Shown here piece by piece: positions 36,201 through 48,932 of a stretch of 51,266 nt of DNA. The DNA is taken from the NCBI RefSeq assembly GCF_001194135.2, contig NC_068982.1, positions 158,252,516-158,303,781 of the forward strand, in the 5' to 3' direction. Both the position numbers and the translations under genes were made by a program. The notes under the pieces are model-generated. The model had not been told where the DNA came from, did no database searches, and worked only from the letters and a program-made list of their open reading frames with translations. The stretch is from Octopus bimaculoides (Eukaryota). Position 1 is the stretch's first letter, and every line of letters starts with the position of its first letter.

Positions 36201-37210
36201 CGAAAAATTACAGAAAAATTACTGTATATGGATGGTAGAACTATTTTCATTCGTCTATATATTCAATTCTATTTTGTCAATATTTTAAAAATAGCCGAAA
36301 TCTAAATTCACGCCCAGACTGTTTACTTTCAAGAAGCTGGCACCAACAAGTCACCGAGCAGACACAACCATGATGCATTTAAATATATGCTAATACCGAA
36401 AAAACAGAACATCTATTGCTTGCGAACTAAACATAGAAAAATGGTATGATGTTAGTTGTTCGAAATTCGTTGCAGTAAAAGCTTCAGATGCAGCAGAGAA
36501 TAAAATTATATACAAAAGTACAAAGATATAGCGGAAAAAAGCTCAAAACAGATCGTTGAAAAATTAAAGATTATATNNNNNNNNNNNNNNNNNNNNNNNN
36601 NNNNNNNNNNNNNNNNNNNNNNNNNNNNNNNNNNNNNNNNNNNNNNNNNNNNNNNNNNNNNNNNNNNNNNNNNNNNNNNNNNNNNNNNNNNNNNNNNNNN
36701 NNNNNNNNNNNNNNNNNNNNNNNNNNNNNNNNNNNNNNNNNNNNNNNNNNNNNNNNNNNNNNNNNNNNNNNNNNNNNNNNNNNNNNNNNNNNNNNNNNNN
36801 NNNNNNNNNNNNNNNNNNNNNNNNNNNNNNNNNNNNNNNNNNNNNNNNNNNNNNNNNNNNNNNNNNNNNNNNNNNNNNNNNNNNNNNNNNNNNNNNNNNN
36901 NNNNNNNNNNNNNNNNNNNNNNNNNNNNNNNNNNNNNNNNNNNNNNNNNNNNNNNNNNNNNNNNNNNNNNNNNNNNNNNNNNNNNNNNNNNNNNNNNNNN
37001 NNNNNNNNNNNNNNNNNNNNNNNNNNNNNNNNNNNNNNNNNNNNNNNNNNNNNNNNNNNNNNNNNNNNNNNNNNNNNNNNNNNNNNNNNNNNNNNNNNAT
37101 ATTATTATCGTAAATAAGAGGGTAATAAATTTTGTTCCATTGTTTTAAATATTTTTATACACATATAGTGGCGTACACACACTTTAGCACACCTTGTAAG
37201 TATGTATATA

Positions 37211-37246
<36 letters not shown>

Positions 37247-37436
37247 AAAATATAAAAAATGGAGCAAAAACACAACAGTGGACAATAAAACATCCGGACG
37301 GATAGACGACACAAAAATGGACAGGAAACTGATCAAAGGAGGCCACGAATGACCCGTCCTTGTTTTCCTTTCCCTCTATTTGCAATTTGTATCGTCTAAC
37401 CGTCTGTTTATGAATTTATATACAGAACAGTTACAA

Positions 37437-37645
37437 GGCAGCAATCTGGCAGAGCTGTGAGCGCATTGTACAAAATGCTTAGTGCCATTTTCCCTAGTTC
37501 ATTATGTTTTGAACTCAAATAGCGACTAGTTTGACTTTGGCTTTCATCTTTTCGGAGTCGATTAAATAAGTATTTGTTGAATATTGGGCTCCATGTAATC
37601 GACTATCCTCTGCCCACAAAGTTTCAGACTTTGTGCGTATAGGTA
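37437..37645 (+). mobile_element. SINE family A (diverged)
   Basis: aaggcagcaatctggcagagctgtgagc...tttgactttggctttcatcttttcggagtcgattaaataagta...gactttgtgcgtatagg. Confidence 0.75.
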
Positions 37646-37876
37646 TAATAAAAATTACTTCTACATAAGTACATAAATACAGCCCCTTTTTCTCTCAATT
37701 CACGCACGACGACGCTTCATAAACATTGCTGATGTTTGTTTATGGTTTTTCAATAATTATTATGCAAAAAGTTACTGAACCAGAGATCTTTCAGCATAGT
37801 CTACTTCGTATGAGCCCTTATCTCTTGCAACGACTTTCTTTTTTATATTTGTGTGTGTTATTATTGCTTCCGTTTC

Positions 37877-37891
37877 TGTTGTTGTTGTTGC

Positions 37892-37928
<37 letters not shown>

Positions 37929-37990
37929 CTTCTTCTTCTTCTTCTTCTTCTTCTTCTTCTTCTTCTTCTTCTTCTTCTTCTTCTTCTTCT
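37877..37990. repeat. Compound trinucleotide microsatellite, (TTG)n then (TTC)21
   Basis: Seen directly in the sequence. Confidence 0.95.
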
Positions 37991-38839
37991 CCTCTTTCAT
38001 CATCAGCTCATAGTTTATGATGCCTGAACACCCACTAAATATCTTTTCAAGATTTCTAGTAATTTTGTGAAACAAATTTGAGTTCAATGGGTTAAGTATA
38101 TCATGTGAAATTCATGCATAGTTGTAATTAAATTTTCTTTTTCGTTTCAACTATAATGACGTAAAGCAGTTTTAAATAACCGAAATATTTTGTCTTTTAT
38201 TTTCATATTTGACTGCTGTTGTTTCTTCTAACTTGTATGCCCTCAGCGTTTCTTCGCCAAATAGAAGATATATTCATTACCTAAATGATTTTATATCTTC
38301 CTTCCTTCCTTCCTTCCTTCCTTGTCCTTTCATTTGCCTTTATATCATTGATTCCAAATTCATGGAATTATTTTTTTTCATCTTACCTTTTCTATTCTTA
38401 ATTCCTTCGCTCTTCCAACACATCCATCATGTTCTCTTTCATTCTCTCACTTCATTCAAATGTCCATACTACAGTGTAGGTTAGACCTAACCTCAACTCC
38501 TCTATCTATATATATTTCACAGCTTCTATTACCAGAACTGATTCACTCTACATTGAGCCCAACACATCAAGCTATAAACATTGTGGAATGGGTTAAGGAA
38601 TATATTAAAAATATAAGTGGTAAGGATAAAGACAGTGGCTTTTAATAAAAGATAAATAAGTTTCATCGCTATTCAGCTTTTTTTACGTATGAGATACAAA
38701 CAGATTTATGACATCCTATTATGTTGGTATTTTTATGTATATTTGACCACGAGTAGGAAATTACATTTAACATTCATGCACCCACTTTTCTATAGAGATT
38801 GACTTACATTCATACGTATTTGTTTGGAGATTTTATGTG

Positions 38840-38885
<46 letters not shown>

Positions 38886-38939
38886 TGTGTGTATGACAAA
38901 CTGTTATAAACATATAAACTATACGATTGATTTACATAC

Positions 38940-39137
38940 CTTTTCGATAAGTTCTCTCACCATCCCATTCCAATCACCTGTTTTATCATTTGGTGCACCG
39001 TATGTGCCATCTTTAACAATATAAACTGTGTAGTTAAATTTCAGTTTCAATGCAATTTCTCGTAGTAAATCGATTGCAAATCCTTGATAAGTTTTCTTGC
39101 CACTCTCTTCTTCCTTTAGCATGGCATAAGGAGGTTC
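38940..39137 (-). CDS. Internal coding exon (198 nt, phase 0/0) of a non-NMDA, kainate-like ionotropic glutamate receptor; first part of the S1 ligand-binding lobe
   Basis: The minus strand reads ...ctcattgtcttatag|GAACCTCCTTAT...ATCGAAAAG|gtatgt, with a canonical AG acceptor and GT donor. Translation is EPPYAMLKEEESGKKTYQGFAIDLLREIALKLKFNYTVYIVKDGTYGAPNDKTGDWNGMVRELIEK. This matches the iGluR motifs E-x-P-Y, G(Y/F)xIDLL, DGxYG and WNGMVxEL, closest to GluK-type IDLLRE and WNGMVRELI. Confidence 0.96.
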
Positions 39138-39449
39138 CTATAAGACAATGAGAACAATCATTAATAATACTTTTAGAGTTTGAGGAAAGTAAAAAAAGTG
39201 TTTATTATAAGATGGTAAAACAACGACAATTTATAATTTGTTTTTGGTTTCCAATATTGGAAGAGGATAAATAAAGATATAAGATTGCAGTTGCTATCTC
39301 ATTATTCTTGGACAAAATGTTTTGCATCGGTCAAAATTCCTATTATTTAATTTTCGGTTCTATATGCATGAGTTTAAATATTTCTGAAGTCAAATTTCCA
39401 TTTAATATTTTTATCTTTTATCTTTTGCTTGTTTTCACCATTTGAATTC

Positions 39450-39776
39450 GACCATGCTGGCGCACCCTCTTGAAGGGTTTATAGTCGAACAAATCCACCC
39501 CAGGACTTAGATTTCTTAAAGGCTGGTATTTATCCTATCGGTCCCTTTTACAGAATCGCCAAGTTATGGGGACGTAAACAAACCAGCATCGCTTGTCAAG
39601 CGGTGGTGGAGGGCAAACAGTTACAAAGATACACACACAGACACGCACATATACTATGAGCTTCTTTCAATTTACTTTTACCAAATCCACTCACATGGGA
39701 TTGATCGTAGTGGGACTGAACTCGGAACCATGTGGCTGGGAAGCAAGATTCTTACCACACAGCCACGCCTGCGGCC
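39450..39776 (-). mobile_element. Near full-length SINE family B
   Basis: catgctggcgcacc...gaatcgccaagttatggggacgtaaac...accaaatccactcaca...gtgggactgaactcggaaccatgtggctgggaagcaagattcttaccacacagccacgcctgc. Confidence 0.85.
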
Positions 39777-42700
39777 CTATAATTGTTTGACTTAATTTGC
39801 TAACACTTCACGATATTTCTAATCTTGTATGGATTTAAGAAAAAAATTTCGTCTTTAATGTTTAGTTTGATAAACACACCACTTCTATTAAGAAGAATGT
39901 TTAAAACATACTATATAACAATACATTAATACTATTTGCAGATAGTAGCACTGCTATTTTCTAGAACCAACTTTTGCCTATATTGACGGTTAACATCTCA
40001 AGTTCTTCTAATATCATTCTACTGATAAAACTATAAATAGGATGATGGAAAGATTCCACTGTGATAATAGCATATTATTGATGGTTGGGTTCCGAATGCG
40101 CGGGAGATTATAAGTGATATCATCTACCTTGCAATCGTTGGAAGTTATTCCAAGTATGTCGTTGGTGTATATGATGTATATGTAAAGACTGCTATGTCGA
40201 TGCAATTCCTTAGATATTTCTTTCATTTCTGCACATTATAGACAATTCGTATTGCTATGGTGAATTAGCTTCTTATTGATATATTAGTCATAAGTTATTA
40301 TGTACTATTTGACGGTTTCTCTATATAAAGTTCCGTAGTATTTTGTCATTATTATTTTCTAAGTCACGTTAGGGTTCATATAAGTGGCAGATATTTCTTT
40401 CTTGAAATGGATGAAACTGAGTGGCTAGACTTAAGTTTAAAAGATTTGCCATATTAATATGTCTCTAAGTATATTTAATCGAATTAAGTGCAGAACGTCT
40501 TCATTTCACATAGTGTTGCTTCAGAGATTTCACTATACATACAACATTTACCATATATAATGTAGAAATATTGGATAGTTCTTTCAAAGTGTTATGATAC
40601 AGTCTTCCGTCGGTGAATTTTGTTGCTTCTGTTGCCGCAATCAGACTGGTTTTGTTTATTTATCTCAGTAATAAATTTTTAGTTTTATCTGTCTACCCTT
40701 CATAATTATCTTTATCACTTTAAGAATGTTCGCTGATGTTCTCTTTAAATCAACAGTAAAAAAAAGAGTCCTTCAGTTCTTTTTAGTTATATATCCATAT
40801 ATTTTGTGTTTAAAATTTCCATGGGCATGCTCGTCTTTTTTCATAGCGAATATACTGAAATAAATAACAGTGAAATAATTTTATTGCTTTCATATAAACT
40901 CTCATTAATTTGGAGATCTTGTACATATATAAGAAATGATTATGACTACCAGTACTGACGGTAATAATATCAGTAATTATAAATAGATGTTTACAAACAA
41001 ATATACAGAATTTCGTTGTTGTAATAACCCAAGGCTAGTGAATAGGCAGGAGTCACTGAGACAGTAAAAATGCCTTCCTGTATTTAATAATGTAACTTTA
41101 AATACAGAGTTCAACTTTCATTCGTCAGTGTTCGATAAATTAAAGGGCCAGTCAAATACTGTGTCAATTTTAATCGACTATATTCAACCCTCTTGCTCTA
41201 TGATTCCATACCGCATGATAGAAACTCATAGAACTAAGTTATGCAATATTTCTACTTCTTTCAATTATTATCTACACTTGCACTTGACTTTTTTTTCCTA
41301 TGTCAAAACTGGCTGGGGAAATTTAATTGATTATGCGCATGTTTCCTTTTGACGATTTGAAAATTAGATCTATTTCCATTACATCAACGTTTGTTGTTGC
41401 TGTATTTCATTTCCTATTCGACTTTGATAAAGGAAACTTCAGATCAAATGTAGTCATGTTATAATCAATCTATTTTTTTTGCTGGTTTGGTAACCTAGAG
41501 CTACATCATTTTTCAGTTTATCATTTGAAGACAAAAATGATGTTATGTATTTGGCTGTTATTTCTGTTTGGTCAGGCAACTGAAAATACGTTCTGTCGTT
41601 GACTCAAGTCAACCATTAGATATATTCAGTAAAAATTGTCGATTAATTAACTTTAATTCTTGATCTTTGAAAGTTTCATAGTTCTGAGTTTTATGAATTG
41701 ATTCTACATTTTATTAGAAATGGCTGACTGTTTTTCATTATTATATATGACTAAAATTTATATATTATTAAATGTGTTAAACCTGTATTAGACATTTTAT
41801 ATCAACCTTACAAAATAACAATACAAAAATAAGAACAAATTAATTTAATGTAGCGATTCAGTTCTGAGTTGAATTTGCGATACATGATTCAGCTGGTTGA
41901 TCATTGAATATATAAATGTGTAGCACGCCACTTGGGTATTAGTTTTAAAATAATACCTCATTTTATGAGAATTCATGTCTATAAAATAACCTTTAGTTTG
42001 AAGATCTATCGACATTTATAGAGCGATCAGGATTAACAACGTCTGCTGTATGAAAATATTGTGTCTGCATTATTTATTTAATTTGAATGTTGCACTTTGA
42101 AGATCTGTTAAATATATTTTCTTTTGAGAATCAACATAAACGTAAATGGATTTTCAATTTTCAGGTTTCATATGATCTTTACCACGGAAACACAACCAAA
42201 ACACACCTGCAGATACATAGATGTGCATATATACACAGATAGAGAGCTAGATATACAATTAAAGAAACAAATACATACATTACCATGATCAAATGTACAC
42301 TAATATATGCAAGCGGAGGTTTGCAAATCTGTTCATAGAGTGAATCTGTGTATGCGATCTGTGCGTTGGCTTTCGTGTGTGCATGCATGTGTAATTCAGT
42401 GTGTATGTTTGTGTGTAAATAAGTTCATGCGAAAACATTGCACTGCTCTTTCCCCCATACCTATGAATCAAAAAGATATGCGCATTTGTGTGTGTGTATG
42501 TGCGTGTGTGATTATGTGTGTGTACATACATATATTCCATACGTATATGTGTCTCTGAAGTACTTTGTATAGACATTTGGCTACTTTTTTCTGGTGAGTT
42601 GTAGTTCACTTGTGCACTGAATACAATTAGTAAAACGTTATCTTTATCATTATCTAAATATGTACTGCACAAAAAATATTGAGCAACACATACACATACA

Positions 42701-42789
42701 TACATACATACATACATACAAATGACTGTTAAGAAGTTTGCTTCCCAACCATATTGTTCCGAGTTCATTCTCATCTCACTACATGCCAC

Positions 42790-43014
42790 TTTGGTCAGGT
42801 GACTTCTCTCTTAAGCTTGGACCAATCAAAGCCTTGTGAGTGGATTTGGTAGACGGAAACTTTATGTGTGTGTGCATGTGTGTTTTTGTGCCTTTGTTCT
42901 GATAGAATAAGTGCAAAATTTTAAAAGCGTACCGGAGGCTATTTATTCGACTACAAACAATTTCTTCAAGGCAGTGGCCCAACATGACCGCACCTTAATG
43001 ACTGAAACAAGTAA

Positions 43015-43020
<6 letters not shown>
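42790..43020 (+). mobile_element. SINE family B, 3' part
   Basis: ccaatcaaagccttgtgagtggatttggtagacggaaact...ttcgact...caaggcagtggccccaacatgaccgca...atgactgaaacaagtaaaa. Confidence 0.75.
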
Positions 43021-43064
<44 letters not shown>

Positions 43065-44557
43065 TTAGAAATTATTAGCTCAAAAGAAGTAAGTAGGTAT
43101 TAAAATTTAGTACTGGAAATTTGAAGGTCGAATGAAAATGTTTATTTTATTAACGCGAAAAATTATGAGCACTTTGCTTTAAAACGGAGATCATTTGCGC
43201 ATTACAACAAGGATTATATGTAATATATTACACTACATATCACAAACCTTAACTAGGTGGGGTAAATTACTGAAAAAGACCACCCTACTCTACAAATTTG
43301 TTTTCAAAAGAGGGAAATAATAAAATAACGAAAAGAAACGAAACTCACAGCAAAATATGACGCTAAATCAAACACGCATGCAACGTATACATGCCAAAAA
43401 CAAAAATATGCACCTAACAGATAGTGTATACATCTGACAGCTAAAACTTATTTTCTAACGTAGACGTCTACACCAGACACATGTAACCTCCTCTAGTATA
43501 TAAAAACCATCAAAATTACTTCATTTTGAAAATGAGCATGAGAAGTTCAAGAAATATTAGTAATGAATATTCTGACTTTGGAGTTGAAAGAAACTTCCAT
43601 AAATTTATATAATATTCACAAAATCAACATGATAAAATATCGATTTTAAAATCCTGTAGTAGTTCCATTTAAGTTTATATTTAAGTCCATACAACAAAGC
43701 TAAATGCAAAATTCTGCCTTATATATAGAAATATATAGCTTTTCGAAAAACACAGCACAATACGAAAAATTTTCAAAGATATTCTTGAAGAAATTGATCT
43801 TACGCCAAATACAAACACCAGATCAAGATAGAGAAAACAAAACATGAACCAAAAGTCTACATTTGGGAAAAGATATTGATAAATCATAAGTCATAAAACA
43901 AAAACAAAAATGAGACTAGTAAACAATCTATATTTGTTTCTTGATGATGATATAGATATCTCTTTCTTGATGATCTGGACACAAATAGAATTATCAAACA
44001 CTACAAAGCAAAAATTGCTTTCTCCACAAAGGAAATTCAAATTCCGAAGCTCCTACAGAATAATCTCAGTCTAAACCAAACTCTACTTCTCACCCTCAGT
44101 AGCAACTTCTACTTACAATCGAAATATGATGAACACAGGAAGCACTAGATAAATGCTATTCTTCTATGTTAACCAGACGGTGAATGCAATAATATATACC
44201 CAGAAAACGATATACAAATATTCAACACGAATGTTTTGAAAATACTGTATCTTATATAAATATTGAACATAGGTACATCTAACATATTTAACTCGATACT
44301 CCGTTGATATCTCTGCACAACATATGTAGAATTTGTTAGGCCGGAAACTTTACATGGAAATGTTTGCTGATGGCCGCTCACCCGTTTGATAAGGTTAAAC
44401 ACTTCAACATTTTATAGATACTTCTCGGTGTCAGCCACAAGATTTAGTCAACGAAAGTTCACCCAATGCATGAATAACAGTGAACGTGATGCTCTATACT
44501 ACTTCACGTTTTTGGTGTTCTTTTTAATTATATGTCTCTCTCTTTCTCTCTCTCTCG

Positions 44558-44594
<37 letters not shown>

Positions 44595-44604
44595 NNNNNN
44601 NNNN

Positions 44605-44640
<36 letters not shown>

Positions 44641-44741
44641 GTGTGTATGTGTATGTATATATGTTCACATACATGTGCACACACACATATATAAATATTT
44701 ATGTATTTACATATATACAGAATGAATCATACAAACACGTG

Positions 44742-44777
<36 letters not shown>

Positions 44778-44819
44778 CGTGAGAGAGTTAGGGGTTATAT
44801 ACATATATATATTCGCCAT

Positions 44820-45003
44820 GATAGATCGCTAGCCACTAAGCCTTTTTCTATTTTCTCTCCCTGTTTATTTCTGTGTTCCTTTCTATAGAAGAGCATAGGC
44901 TTGAAACGTAAAAGACTTTCTCACTTCCCGAGCGTTAAACTAATAGTCTGTTTGTTGTTTACACACATGATTTCGTCTTTTGTTTTTTTTTTTTGTAAAT
45001 TCT

Positions 45004-45005
<2 letters not shown>
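44820..45005 (+). mobile_element. Second copy of the Penelope-like dispersed repeat
   Basis: gaagagcataggcttgaaacgtaaaagact...gagcgttaaactaata, homologous to 11305-11495 and embedded between (TA)n tracts. Confidence 0.45.
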
Positions 45006-45077
<72 letters not shown>

Positions 45078-45699
45078 CATCCAACTGATATGTGTGTGTT
45101 CACGGGTTGGATTGCGCATGGGCATGTATAGTATCTATGCAATTTACTCACATATATTTAAGCCTATTTCCACCAATAACATATCCAAAACAATAAAAAT
45201 GATGCAGAAAATTGAAATATTGTCTGAAAATGGGAAGAAATATCATGAAATCAATAAAATATTTCTATATGTTTATGAAAAAAAAAATTGGATGGCAGAA
45301 ATAACGGTGACTAATATGCAAAAAAACAAACTACTCGTGATGAGACAGAAAACTAGACAAGACAGAAAATAACGGTTGAAAATAGTAAAAAAAATATGTA
45401 TTAAATAGACAGTATTATGCAAGTTCCAGTAAAATAAAGCATCTGCTTGTGACAAAACAGATAATGTGAGCCACTTTGCAATAACAAAGTTATCTTTATG
45501 TTTTGTCCATTAGATTTTAAAAAATATCTTTAAAAATATTCTAAAAGACAGTGAATAACATCCTTTTTTTAGTGATTAAGGCAAACAAGATCGGTTCTCT
45601 CTAAGTAAAATACATCTGTTTCCTTGAGTGTAGCTAATAGACATCTTGAAGTCCTAGAACTTCAAGATATCTGTCAGGGCCGCTGAACCGAAAAGAGGC

Positions 45700-46440
45700 A
45701 ATCTCGGAAACAAGGAGGCCTTCCTTATCAACAAACTATGACCCGCCATAAATAACAGAATGGAACTACAAGACAAACCGAACTACAAGAAATGATAAAT
45801 AGAGTCAAGATATAAAATACGCATAATCTCTGTTAACCATATGAAAACAAAAATCACTGCTGCAGGAAAATAGAAAATAAATGTTAACATGAAACTGGGC
45901 AGGAGAGGTTAGAACAGGTTGAAACGTACAAGTATCTTGGAACCTAAATCTTTGATGAAGTCACATGTAAGAAAAAGAAATTGAACACATAGAAAATATT
46001 AACATCTGAACCAGCAGCAAAAATGTCCCAACTAAGTTTAAGTCAAAGCTTGTGCCAACGCTCATTTGGCCAATAGGCATGTATGGTTGCGAAGCATGGA
46101 CTCTGAAAAAGATTGAAGACATCAAAATCTCTGTGTTTTAAATGCACGTGTATGGGCGAGTGTTATGAATCTCTTACAAGGATCATCGGATAAATGAATG
46201 TATACTACAAGAAGTAGGTCAAAATCAACAACTCCTGAACCTTGTGGAAAATATAAAGCTCATGTACTATGACCATATCCGAAGAAGCAGATGTTTCCAA
46301 GGCATTATCATGGAAGTATAAGTAGAGGGAAGTAGGTCAAATGGAAGTCGAAAAAATGCAATACATGGACAATATCAAGAGGTGGTTGGCCAAGAGTGAC
46401 AAAACAGCTGCAGAACTCGGCCTCAATTGACCTTCGTTGC
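45700..46440 (+). mobile_element. RTE-clade LINE, 3' end of ORF (degenerate)
   Basis: Pieces LQEMINRV, LEQVETYKYLG, TLIWPIGMYGCEAWTLKK, RINECILQEVG and VEGSRSNG...MDNIKRW match RTE/BovB-type YGCESWT, RTN.SIL and W.D.I. Confidence 0.8.
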
Positions 46441-46879
46441 AGTTTCATAAATACATTGCAGGTTTGCGAGTGATTTCTCAGAACATAAGTTACAGCTACC
46501 ATAGTATTGCTATGAGTATTATTGAGCACGATATTGACTGTGTTATACTTCGTTTTGAGGTTCCAAATAAATCTTGTGAACGAGGTGTACGTAATTAAGT
46601 AATATGAATTTTAACTTGAAAATAATAGTGAGATATCTGGTGATATAAATGAACATTTATAATCTATATTCGTGCAGAGAAATTCTTTATTTAAAACGTA
46701 GTAAATAAGATCCTTAGCGTTGCATATAATTTCAGGAACATATTCACAAGAGACATTACTTTATCAGTATTAATACTACTACTAAAAGGGAGGCAATATA
46801 CACAATATTTTCTCTTCTAGATTGAGATGTAATATTCACAAAGCACATACGTCGTGTTAACGACGTTCCCAATTACTAT

Positions 46880-47750
46880 TTAATTTTTTATTGTTTGTCA
46901 ATGGCTGCTATATTATCTGCCAGATTGTGCGGTAGATTACGCAAATTGCACTGTATGGCGACTATAAATTCTACTATATCTGTTTGAGAGGAGAGAGGGC
47001 TTTCCCAAAGCTTTATAAAATCAATGCATTATCCGAAGCTACATGAATTCCGCAAGATGAGTTAAACACGTAATACTTCTCTTACGTAACAGGTTTCTAC
47101 CTATTTCATCGTATTCAGTGTTATATTCCTGATTTACATTTGTTAAATCCATTGAAGTCATATTTGGTAAGATGGTTATCCCTCATTTACAGCATGTCGG
47201 GCCTATATTTATTCTACTTCTCCTAAATTGAAGCTTATATCTTAAATCATCCAGATCAGGGCTTACTTGACAAGATTCAGCAATTTAAAAACCGATTTGA
47301 ATGAGTTATTGTCGTATGATATCGCTGCCGTTTGTTATTTTCGACTATTTGTGCTTGTAGTTAATCGCGATTCGAGAATGTGATTAAAACTTTCCCTACT
47401 GTTCGTATGTATAGAAATAAATTTTTCCTAGGTAGCTGTATTACAACAACTATGTACTTGTGAATATGATCCACTTTCCTTACGCCTTTGAAAATCACTG
47501 TCACCAGGCATTCATTAAAACTTGTCTATATATCCAATCTTTGCTATAACTGCTCTATACTAGACCGATACTTGGGGAGAATATTTCTTCATTAGCGTAG
47601 TCTGAATACGCTAAGAGGAACCAATTTAATAATACACTTAATCAAGTCCTTAGGGAGGTTAGAATCTTTGTTACATTATCGTAGATTCTCGTTGGGATTA
47701 TGGTGCAGGTAGATAGATGCTTCTATTAAGTTTCTATGTTAAATCTACAA
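46880..47750 (-). mobile_element. Very old CR1/L2/Jockey-group RT remnant
   Basis: Weak minus-strand pieces: IPTRIY, W.VTVIFK, TVGKVL and IDF.KA.GK. Confidence 0.3.
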
Positions 47751-48016
47751 AATTAGCTACTTTACAATTATGTCCTAACGTGATAGAAAATCTAATACTT
47801 TTGAAAACTTTTTTCTTTTACAAGCGACAAAGCAATTTACTAAAGTGAATAAAGAAGCTCTGACATTACACCTTTTGAGTCATTACACTTACGGAAAGTA
47901 AGATAGTCTACTGACTGTTCAATTGATAATAAACTGATTAAAGAATTTACCACCACCGTCATTCCTACACACACATATACAGACACAGACACTCATACAT
48001 ACACACATATTTAATC

Positions 48017-48120
48017 GCAGGCGTTGTTGTGTGGTAACCATGGTTAAATAAATAAGTGCTGGCCGGTGACCATCACTTGACCTCAGTCCAATGACTGAAA
48101 CAGAAAAGCTAACAGAAGAA
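48017..48120 (+). mobile_element. SINE family B with an internal deletion (head joined to tail)
   Basis: gcaggcgttgttgtgtggtaa head joined to a cagtccaatgactgaaac tail. Confidence 0.55.
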
Positions 48121-48189
48121 AGATACGCACACATACATACATACACACAGACACACACAGACATACACATATATACACACACACATATG

Positions 48190-48930
48190 TAGAAGCTCTG
48201 AGTTCAAAGCCAGGCTAGGCATCCAGGAGTATCACGACACCTGAAAGAGACTGGAACACAAACACCCAAAACGTAGTTAAAGCAACAACCAAGATGAGGA
48301 TACCACTCTGACTAATACATATTACATACGTGGGTATGCCTGCCTTCCGAAGACCTGTAGGACAACTGAAATATCGACATAAAGCTCTACCTCTCCTTGA
48401 ACCATGACCGATATATCACATCACACTTCGAAGGCCATACAATTGCATTCCAAAAACAGGAGATTGTAACGAAATATCTAATAAACAAAAGACACAGTGA
48501 AACATTTGAAGCTCCATGATGCAGTCGAAAATGAATACTGTCATATTTCTGTGGAAGACATTACATACGAGAATGTCTTTAATTTACTGCGTTACCACCT
48601 CCTAATGCGACACGACTTTGTCCCAAACATCAAATACAATGCCATTCGAAAAAGTGTGTGGTATACTAAATATAAATTATCATCCTTTTATCGAATCCAT
48701 ACACCAATATCAGCACAAGAAATACTGGTGGAATATTTCCGTCAAAACACCTGTCAAGTGTAAAAAACAAAGCAAGCCGGATATTATTGTTTGGGACAGA
48801 CCTGAAAAAAAATATGCACTGTCATAGATGTCAGATGTTCTACTGATGTGAGTATCTCTTTGAAAATTAAAGAAAAAGAGCGTAACTGTGAACAACTGCT
48901 GGATATGTAAACAAATTGTAAATCACAGCA
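48190..48930 (+). mobile_element. RLE-type non-LTR retrotransposon (R4/NeSL/HERO-like), C-terminal fragment with CCHC region and PD-(D/E)xK endonuclease
   Basis: Pieces include YITSHFEG..IAFQKQEIVTKYLINKR, C..SVEDIT...RYHLLMRHDFV, YWWNISVKTPVKC..SKPDIIVWDR and ICTVIDVRCSTDVSISLKIKEKE. Confidence 0.8.
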
Positions 48931-48932
48931 CC

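Larger units (their letters stand above)
16819..38939 (-). other. 22,121-bp phase-0 GT-AG intron of the iGluR gene
   Basis: Bounded by the donor gtatgt (38939) and the acceptor ttttcag (16819). The flanking peptides join with no missing residues relative to GluK2 and GluA2. Confidence 0.9.

Noticed and set aside
37726-38087. ORFs with poly-Leu/Phe or poly-Lys/Asn
   Set aside because: These are translations of the (TTG)n(TTC)n microsatellite.
40070-40680. Plus-strand hydrophobic peptide (SDIIYLAIVG...) suggesting a nested GPCR pseudogene
   Set aside because: There are frequent stops, no DRY or NPxxY-type motifs and no consistent frame. It is not distinguishable from AT-rich noise.
47230-47340. 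Minus-strand gtaag donor with a short open frame; candidate upstream iGluR exon
   Set aside because: The acceptor is weak, the peptide (ISYDNNSFKSVFKLLNLV) has no iGluR similarity, the phase does not match the next exon, and it lies in a probable old LINE remnant.
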